A stretch of DNA of 64,000 bases. It comes from Podarcis erhardii (lineage: Eukaryota). The stretch is from assembly GCA_964252035.1 (NCBI GenBank), contig OZ176207.1. The stretch is one strand, 5' to 3'. Position 1 is the stretch's first letter. Each line of letters begins with the position of its first letter. This document shows, one piece after another, positions 61,262-64,000 of the stretch. Below the pieces are notes generated by a model. It saw only the letters and a program-made list of their open reading frames with translations, had not been told where the DNA came from and did no database searches. The position numbers and the translations under genes are program-made.

Positions 61262-62716
61262 TAATTAATTTGCAATCCTTATTTTAAGTGAAATCTAAAT
61301 ATTATATTAATTGATTAAACACTTTTAATTAACTGAAATTGAGCCCTTTAATTAATAATACTGTATATATACTGTTTATAACTACCGTAGTTCCTATAAA
61401 ATATGTAAGCTATTTATTTGAAACTTCATGTGGGGCACGGGATGTCAAAAACTCTGGAGGAGGAACTAATAAAATCAGGAAATAGACCTTTGACCCCACT
61501 AGCAAGGTATGCAAAAAGACAGAAAACAAGGACGTACTACGCACCTGCATCTAAGGTGTGCTGTTCCTCCTCCCTCCTTTAACTAGGTTGCCTGTGTGTA
61601 ATCCTTAAATTAATCAAATGTTTTTTTAAAATTCAAATGTATATCCTCTTCTGTCCTCTTTTCTGTAAATGCATTTCTTTCTTCTGGTGATTTGTAAATG
61701 GGCACAGTATTATTAAAAGTAAAGGACCATGTACCAGGGCTATACATTTGCAATATTGACTCCCTATGATTGGCAGGCAGTATGAGGGCTCTGAATTGGC
61801 TTGTCCTAGTTATAAATACTTTGAATCAAGCCTGAAATCAGACCTACCTTCCAATAACAACTTCCTCATTCTAGCACTCAGCAAAATATAATTTTGAATA
61901 GATAGTATCTTCATCATCTTTTTGATTTGTTCAAGATAAAATCATGTGTTATACTTTAAAGTAGGAAGGCGAATCATTTTAGTCTGCCACATAGCAGAAC
62001 GCTTTGCTTCAGGGAACTGACTATGGGTTTTTTTTATGATAAATAGTCTTGAAGGAGACTTATAGAATAATTGAACAGCGGAGAAGTAGCTATCCATAAC
62101 ATCATTTTGGACTCATTGGAAATATCGTAATGTAGAACTGTGAAACCTCAAGTGATTACATTCATTTCCCAAACTACTGAGAAATATGACCTAATTAGTG
62201 CCACCCTATTTTTCCACAGCTGTCCCAACACACTGAAACCTTCCCATTCATTTTTCCCTTCACACTTTGAAAAGGACATCTGAGCACCTGAAGTGGATCG
62301 TTTTCAATGAGGCCTCATTAACGCTCATTCAAATGCATTGAACTTCATAACATGTTGAAATATTTTTGATATATAGGCTGAAGAACTGCCTATGATTATA
62401 TAAATGGGAGTTGGATCCACAGATAGGAGGCTTCAAAGAAGCCAAAGAAATACTGTCTCTAAAAGCTGGTATTGTATATGATTTGGGGAAAACTTAAGGT
62501 GTACTGAGCCTACCAGCGCTGCCCTCTTTTTAAAGTGTAGATTTTTAAGTGTGCAACTCACAGAGCTGGAATAGTGCAGTGGTTATTAGCAGTGAGCTGG
62601 AAGTCCTCCCAGTTCAAATAGTAGGCTAGTGGCCTTATGCAAGCCTTATGGTGTGCCTCATAAGCCAGTTCCCTACCCCATCTGCAAAATATACTGAGGT
62701 AATAATACTAATGGCA

Positions 62717-63072
62717 GGGACGCGGGTGGCGCTGTAGGCTAAACCACAGAGACTAGGGCTTGCCGATCAGAAGGTCGGTGGTTCGAATCCCCTTGACGGG
62801 GTGAGCTCCCGTTGCTCGGTCCCTGCTCCTCCCAACCTAGCAGTTTGAAAGCACATCAAAGTGCAAGTAGGTAAAAAGGTACCTCTCCGGCAGGAAGGTA
62901 AATGGCATTTCCGTGCGCTGCTCTAGTTTTGCCAGAAGCGGCTTAGTCATGCTGACCACATGACCCGGAAGTTGTCTGCGGACAAATGCTGGCTCCCTCA
63001 GCCAGTAAAGCGAGATAAACGCCGCAATCACAGAGCGACTGGACTTAACGGTCAGGGGTACATTTACCTTTT
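62717..63072 (+). mobile_element. Full-length Sauria SINE
   Basis: GGGACGCGGGTGGCG head, B-box GGTTCGAATCC; 13-bp TSD TAATAATACTAAT (62700-62712, 63072-63084) with 4 extra nt (GGCA) at the 5' junction. Confidence 0.93.
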
Positions 63073-64000
63073 AATAATACTAATCTCTGACAGAACTTCC
63101 TGTTGCTGTTCTGTTCTTATTGGAGAGAAGCAATGGGAGTTCTTGTCTAGCATTCTAACTGCTGTGTCCTCTAAGCTTTTCACCACAAATGGGATCAGAA
63201 CTGCTCTTGACCCACAATCAAACTCCGATTCTGCTACCAATGGTTTTGCCACCAATTCCTTTTTTGAAATGTGTCTCCCAAGGAGGATGTGTAATTAATT
63301 TCAACCAGGTAAGTAAGTGCCAGATGAAATTGTCCCGTTACCACAAGGCAAATCTAGCATTCCATTTGCAAATCTGTATAATTGGTATATTTGAAATTAA
63401 AATTCAGTTTTTTTTTTCAAAAGTCACTGACATATGAGGATGGAAAAGGGAACCAGCTCAACCTGCCCAACAAAATTATTAATAAAACTGACTTTCTGTT
63501 AGAGACCCTCATTAGAGACCCCTGCTGCCAATGTGACAGACTGCTTATCACTCACACATGCCAGGGTCCAAAAATTCATTTACTGGTATTTATTATTTCT
63601 TACTCCAAGTAATTGTATCCTGCCTTTCTATTGAAAGAAATGCTCACTGCAACTAACACTCTAATCAAGATATTAAAATAAAAATAAATAATACAAAATA
63701 ACCAATGAGCAAAGAAAGAAAATACCAGTTAACCTTAAATCAGGACATACCTTCATGGGATACTATAGGGTGGATCCTCTGTATATAATAAGGACCATAT
63801 ATATGTTGATGTATAAGGGAAGGATGTGGAGCCAGACAACATTTATTCTGAATAAAATATGAATATTGGTGATTTGGATTAATCATCCGAAATATATTTT
63901 TGCTTCAATAAACATACACACCGTTGTTTACATATGTGCCTTGCTTAAAAAACACAATGGGAATGTATAACAGAGTGAAAAAATGCTGTTACCATCATAA

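Overview
Vertebrate genomic DNA from a squamate lizard, probably a lacertid (inferred from the Sauria/POM-type SINEs and other squamate repeats). The only protein-coding gene I can support is the 5' part of PREX2 (PIP3-dependent Rac exchanger 2) on the minus strand. Coding exons 1-9 (42461 down to 2795) were placed by GT-AG boundaries, continuous phase and translation; they encode the DH domain and the PH domain. Exon 1 lies in a CpG island, intron 1 is 29.1 kb, and exon 10 onward is not in the window. The rest is intronic or upstream DNA rich in transposons: Sauria SINEs, other tRNA-derived SINEs, a young 5'-truncated L1, CR1 and L2 fragments, a solo LTR, TA-targeting and hAT MITEs, and fossil mariner and piggyBac transposase pieces. 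The most notable observations are two short, TSD-flanked Penelope-like insertions in intron 1. One carries a complete minimal hammerhead ribozyme in the PREX2 sense orientation. The other is a 142-bp fold-back palindrome that turns exactly at the ribozyme's palindromic stem II. No databases were searched; family names and orthologue comparisons come from recalled motifs.
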